This document shows positions 60,193 to 64,000 of a stretch of 64,000 bases of DNA, one piece after another (positions within the stretch are counted from its first letter, which is position 1; every line of letters starts with the position of its first letter). The position numbers and the translations under genes are program-made. The stretch is taken from NCBI GenBank assembly GCA_030373145.1, contig JAUCZK010000010.1:3679-67678 (forward strand). Direction: 5' to 3'. The DNA is from Cyanobium sp. CZS48M. GTDB taxonomy: Bacteria > Cyanobacteriota > Cyanobacteriia > PCC-6307 > Cyanobiaceae. Under the pieces are notes generated by a model that saw nothing but the letters and a program-made list of their open reading frames with translations, did no database searches and had not been told where the DNA came from.

Positions 60193-61208
60193 GCCGCCAT
60201 CTCCACACTGACTCCCGCCGCCGCCAGCAGCGCCCGGTCGGAAGCCACATCGGGGTTGCCGGTGGTGAGCAGGGTGTCGCCATAGAAGATCGAATCAGCC
60301 CCCGCCTGCAGGCAGAGGATCTGGGCCTCACGGCTGAGCTGCTCACGGCCGGCACTCAGGCGCACCCGGCTGAAGGGCATCAGGATGCGGGCGGTGGCCA
60401 CCATGCGCACCAGCTCGAGCGGATCGATCGGCGGCTGTTGCTCCAGCGCTGTGCCCTCCACCGCCACCAGGGCATTGATCGGCACACTCTCGGGATGGGG
60501 ATCGAGGCCGGCGAGCACCTGCAGCAGGCCGGCGCGGTCGTTGACGCTCTCCCCCAGGCCGATGATGCCGCCGCAGCAGAGGGTGATGCCCGCCTGGCGC
60601 ACCCGGGCCAGGGTTTCCAGCCGCTCCTGGTAGGTGCGCGTGGTGATGATCTGCCCGTAGTGCTCGGGGCTGGTGTCGAGGTTGTGGTTGTAGGCGGTGA
60701 GGCCCGCCGCCGCCAGGCGTTCGGCCTGGGCGTCGCTGAGCATGCCGGCGGTCACGCAGGCCTCCAGCCCCAGCTCACGCACACCGCGCACCATCGCCAG
60801 CATCGCCTCGAAGGGGGCGCCGTCGCGGATGTCGCGCCAGGCCCAGCCCATGCAGAAACGGTGGGCACCGGCCGCCTGCGCCGCCCGCGCCCGCGCCAGC
60901 ACCGGCTCCACCTCCAGCTCCGGCCGCCCGCTCACATCACTGCTGTTGTGCATCGACTGGGGGCAGTAGGCACAGTCTTCCTCGCAGCCGCCGGTCTTGA
61001 CGCTGAGCAGGGAGGCCAGCTGCACCCGGTAGCCGGGGTTGGCGGCCCGGTGCACCCCCTGGGCCCGCCAGAGCAGCTCGATCAGCGGCATCTCCAGCAG
61101 CCCCTGGATCTCCCCGCGGCTCCAGTCGTGGCGCAGGGCAGGGGCACCAGCGGTGTGGGCGGCGGTGGCCGGGGCGGCAGCGGCTGAGGGGCGGGCGGTG
61201 GTGGTCAA
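60189..61208 (-). CDS. bioB: biotin synthase
   Basis: [36 protein letters not shown]. Confidence 0.96.
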   Translation of the reverse strand: MTTTARPSAAAAPATAAHTAGAPALRHDWSRGEIQGLLEMPLIELLWRAQGVHRAANPGYRVQLASLLSVKTGGCEEDCAYCPQSMHNSSDVSGRPELEVEPVLARARAAQAAGAHRFCMGWAWRDIRDGAPFEAMLAMVRGVRELGLEACVTAGMLSDAQAERLAAAGLTAYNHNLDTSPEHYGQIITTRTYQERLETLARVRQAGITLCCGGIIGLGESVNDRAGLLQVLAGLDPHPESVPINALVAVEGTALEQQPPIDPLELVRMVATARILMPFSRVRLSAGREQLSREAQILCLQAGADSIFYGDTLLTTGNPDVASDRALLAAAGVSVEMAA

Positions 61209-61235
61209 CGGGGCAGGGAGTGGAAGGGGAGATGG

Positions 61236-62039
61236 TCAGGCGCCGGGGAGAAGCAGGGGCTCAACGCCACCGAAGCGCCGCTGGCGGCCCTGGTAATCCA
61301 GCACAGCCCGCAGCAGGGCCTGTTCGTTGAAATCGGGCCAGAGCACATCGGTGATGTGGATCTCGGCGTAGGCCAGCTGCCAGAGCAGAAAATTACTGAT
61401 GCGGTACTCGCCGCTGCTGCGGATCAGCAGGTCAGGGTCCACCTCACCGGCGGTGAGCAGCTGGGCCTCGAAGTGCGCTTCATCAATGGCGGCGGGATCG
61501 AGCTCACCGCGGGCCGCCTGCTGGGCCAGGCGCCGGGCCGCCTGCACCAGCTCCCGCCGGCCGCCGTAGTTGGTGCAGACGTTGAAGTGAATGCCGGTGT
61601 TGGCGGCGGTGCGGGCCTCGGCGGCGGCAATCCGCTCCTGCAGCCCCTCCGGCAGCTGCTCCAGATCGCCCAGGAAGCGGATGCGCACGCGCTCCCGCTC
61701 CAGGGCCTGCAGCTCGCGGGCGAGCACCCGCTCGAACAAGGACATCAGGAAGGTGACCTCCTCTCCGGGCCGGCTCCAGTTCTCGGTGGAGAAGGCGTAG
61801 ACGGTGAGGGCACCGATGCCCCAATCGCTGCAGAGCCGCAGGGTGCGCTTGAGCGCTTCCACCCCCTCGCGGTGACCCATCATCCGCGGCAGGCGCCGCC
61901 GCCGGGCCCAGCGGCCGTTGCCATCCATGATCACGGCCACATGGGCCGGCAACCGGGCGGGATCCAGGCAGGCCGGCAACAGCTCGGAGGGCTGGGCGGA
62001 AACCTGGATCGGGTCGGTGGTCGCCGGGGAGCGACTCAT
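61236..62039 (-). CDS. uppS: undecaprenyl diphosphate synthase / isoprenyl transferase
   Basis: [36 protein letters not shown]. Confidence 0.96.
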   Translation of the reverse strand: MSRSPATTDPIQVSAQPSELLPACLDPARLPAHVAVIMDGNGRWARRRRLPRMMGHREGVEALKRTLRLCSDWGIGALTVYAFSTENWSRPGEEVTFLMSLFERVLARELQALERERVRIRFLGDLEQLPEGLQERIAAAEARTAANTGIHFNVCTNYGGRRELVQAARRLAQQAARGELDPAAIDEAHFEAQLLTAGEVDPDLLIRSSGEYRISNFLLWQLAYAEIHITDVLWPDFNEQALLRAVLDYQGRQRRFGGVEPLLLPGA

Positions 62040-62899
62040 GCGCGGGATTCGGGCGTGTCCTCGGCCACGGTACGTCCCGTGGGAAGCGGCACCACCGAAC
62101 CGCCCACAGCCTTGGCCGGGGGTTTCGTGGAGGAGGGGGCCAGGGCAGCCGTGAGCAACTCCCGCAGACGGCTGCTGGTGATCGGCCGCTCCAACTTGCC
62201 CTGGCGGGCCAGGGAGAGGGTGCCGGTCTCCTCGGAGACCACGATGCAGAGGCAGCGATCGAAGCGCTCGGTGATGCCCAGGGCCGCCAGGTGGCGGGTG
62301 CCGTAGCGGGTGATGCCCTGGCGCGAGAGCGGCAGGATCACCCCTGCCGAGAGGATCCGGCTGCCGCGCACCAGCAGGGCCCCATCGTGCAGAGGGGTGT
62401 CGGCGGCGAACAGGTTCAGCAGCAGATCCACCGAGAGCATGGCGTCGAGCTCGATGCCGGGGTTGAGGAAATCCTCAGGGCGCAGATCACTGCCCAGATC
62501 CACCAGGATCAAAGCGCCGCGGCGGCCCTGGGAGAGGCGACCCGACGCTTCGGTGAGCATCGCCACCGCCCCCGACATCTCCTGATCGACGCCCTGGTTG
62601 CCCAGCAGCACGTCGAGGCGGCCGGTGCCCAGCAGCTCCATCAGGCGCCGCAGCTCCCCCTGCCAGAGGATCGCCAGGGCCAGGCTGCAACCCAGCACCA
62701 CCGCCTCCAGCAGGCGGGTGGTGAGGGGCAGGTTGGCGAAGCGCTGGACCACCCAGACCAGGGCCACCAGGAACAGCCAGCCCCGCAGCAGCCAGAGGGT
62801 GCGGGATTCGCGTACCCGGGCCAGCAACAACATCCCCAGGGACGAGGCGAACAGCAGATCCAGCAGCAGGCGCAGATCGAGGAGCCTCAGCCAGACCAC
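62036..62899 (-). CDS. cdaA: diadenylate cyclase
   Basis: Three N-terminal TM segments, PLHDGA, GTRH, VVSEETG. Confidence 0.93.
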   Translation of the reverse strand: MVWLRLLDLRLLLDLLFASSLGMLLLARVRESRTLWLLRGWLFLVALVWVVQRFANLPLTTRLLEAVVLGCSLALAILWQGELRRLMELLGTGRLDVLLGNQGVDQEMSGAVAMLTEASGRLSQGRRGALILVDLGSDLRPEDFLNPGIELDAMLSVDLLLNLFAADTPLHDGALLVRGSRILSAGVILPLSRQGITRYGTRHLAALGITERFDRCLCIVVSEETGTLSLARQGKLERPITSSRLRELLTAALAPSSTKPPAKAVGGSVVPLPTGRTVAEDTPESRA

Positions 62900-62919
62900 A
62901 AATCCTTACAGCACTGGGC

Positions 62920-64000
62920 TCATGCTATCGGCCGAAAACGTTCTGGCAGCACGTCGTGGAGCAGCAGCTCGTCTGGTCGCTCCCGCCGCTGCACCAGCTC
63001 CGCCTGACCCCCGTGTACCAGCACCGCCGCGGGCCTGGGGATGCGGTTGTAGTTCGAAGCCATCGAGGCGTTGTAGGCGCCGGTGGCGAAGACCACCAGC
63101 AGATCGCCGCTGCTGCTGGCTGGCAGGGCCAGGTCCTTGAGCAGCACATCACCGGATTCGCAGTGCTTGCCCGCCACCGTGACCGTTTCCGTGGGCGTGG
63201 CCGTGGGCCGCTCCGCCAGCACCGCCGTGTAGCTCGATTGATAGGTGATCGGCCGGGGGTTGTCGCTCATGCCCCCATCCACCGAGAGGTAGGTGCGCAG
63301 GCCGGGGATCTGCTTGCGGCTGCCGATCGTGTAGACGGTGAGGCCGGCGGTGGCCACCAGGGAGCGCCCCGGTTCACACAGCAGCCGCGGCAACTCCAGA
63401 TCCCGCTCGCGGCAGGCACGCTCCACGGCCTCGGCCACGCCCTTCACCCACTCCTGGATGGTCGGGGGATCGTCGGAGCTCACGTAGCGGATGCCCAGGC
63501 CGCCGCCCACATTGAGATCAGCCACGGGGTGGCCGAGGGAGCGGGCCAGGGCCAGGGCATCGGCCATCACCCCAGCCAGATCACGGTGGGGTTGCAACTC
63601 GAAGATCTGCGAGCCGATGTGGGCATGGAGCCCTGTGAGCCTGGCCCAGGGACAACTGGCCAGGCGGCGCAGCACGGGGTCGAGCTGGTCGGGGTCGAAT
63701 CCGAACTTGCTGTCGAGGTGGCCGGTGCGGATGTACTCGTGGGTGTGGCACTCGATGCCGGGAGTGAAACGCAGCATCAGCGGCACCACCCGGCCGGCGG
63801 CGGGGGCCAGCTCGGCGAGGCGCTCCAGGTCGTGGTCGTTGTCCACCACCACGGTCACGCCGTGGGCCACCGCCAGGGAGAGCTCCTCATCTGACTTGTT
63901 GTTCCCGTGCAGAACGATCCGCTCCGGTGGCATGCCCCCCTGCAGTGCCGTGAGCAGTTCACCCGCTGAGACGGCATCAAGGCCGAGGCCTTCGGAGGCC
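62920..64000 (-). CDS. lysA: diaminopimelate decarboxylase (5' end outside the window)
   Basis: DAVSAGEL, HIGSQ, EPGRS, GKHCESGD, GAYNASMASNYN. Confidence 0.96.
   Translation of the reverse strand, partial: ASEGLGLDAVSAGELLTALQGGMPPERIVLHGNNKSDEELSLAVAHGVTVVVDNDHDLERLAELAPAAGRVVPLMLRFTPGIECHTHEYIRTGHLDSKFGFDPDQLDPVLRRLASCPWARLTGLHAHIGSQIFELQPHRDLAGVMADALALARSLGHPVADLNVGGGLGIRYVSSDDPPTIQEWVKGVAEAVERACRERDLELPRLLCEPGRSLVATAGLTVYTIGSRKQIPGLRTYLSVDGGMSDNPRPITYQSSYTAVLAERPTATPTETVTVAGKHCESGDVLLKDLALPASSSGDLLVVFATGAYNASMASNYNRIPRPAAVLVHGGQAELVQRRERPDELLLHDVLPERFRPIA

Overview
GC-rich picocyanobacterial chromosome segment (Cyanobium/Synechococcus-like, judged from csoS1D-ham1, hli genes and the lysA-cdaA-uppS-bioB-trhO block). 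Positions 1-20.0 kb and 56.6-64 kb are mostly core or persistent genes. Between them lies a roughly 36 kb mosaic island with no integrase or tRNA. Its first block is defence (20.1-33.4 kb): a HipBA-like pair, then a type I R-M locus (hsdM-hsdS-hsdR) with nested cargo. The cargo is a DUF4062/HATPase/HTH protein, an orphan minimal nucleotidyltransferase, a DUF3644 (RxxxxH, HEPN-like) protein, a broken VapBC and a BrnTA-like pair. The second block is arsenic, metal and ion handling (33.4-47.6 kb): arsJ-gap, arsR-arsP-trx, two P-type ATPases, NhaP, rhodanese, a TIGR04283-like glycosyltransferase and DUF547. The third is a lower-GC stress block (42.5-56.5 kb, overlapping the second): three hli genes, microproteins, two pterin dehydratases around a DHFR-like gene, Dps, a divergent sigma-70 and PPK2. 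Hand translation also shows relics not in the ORF track: a second hsdM C-terminal tail coupled to hsdS, a nonsense-mutated VapC, IS3, cyAbrB, thermonuclease and UvrD remnants, and a 26-bp direct repeat. The best candidate for an undescribed system is the type I R-M locus with its MNT / DUF3644 / DUF4062-HATPase cargo. No database searches were run; all family names come from motif recognition.
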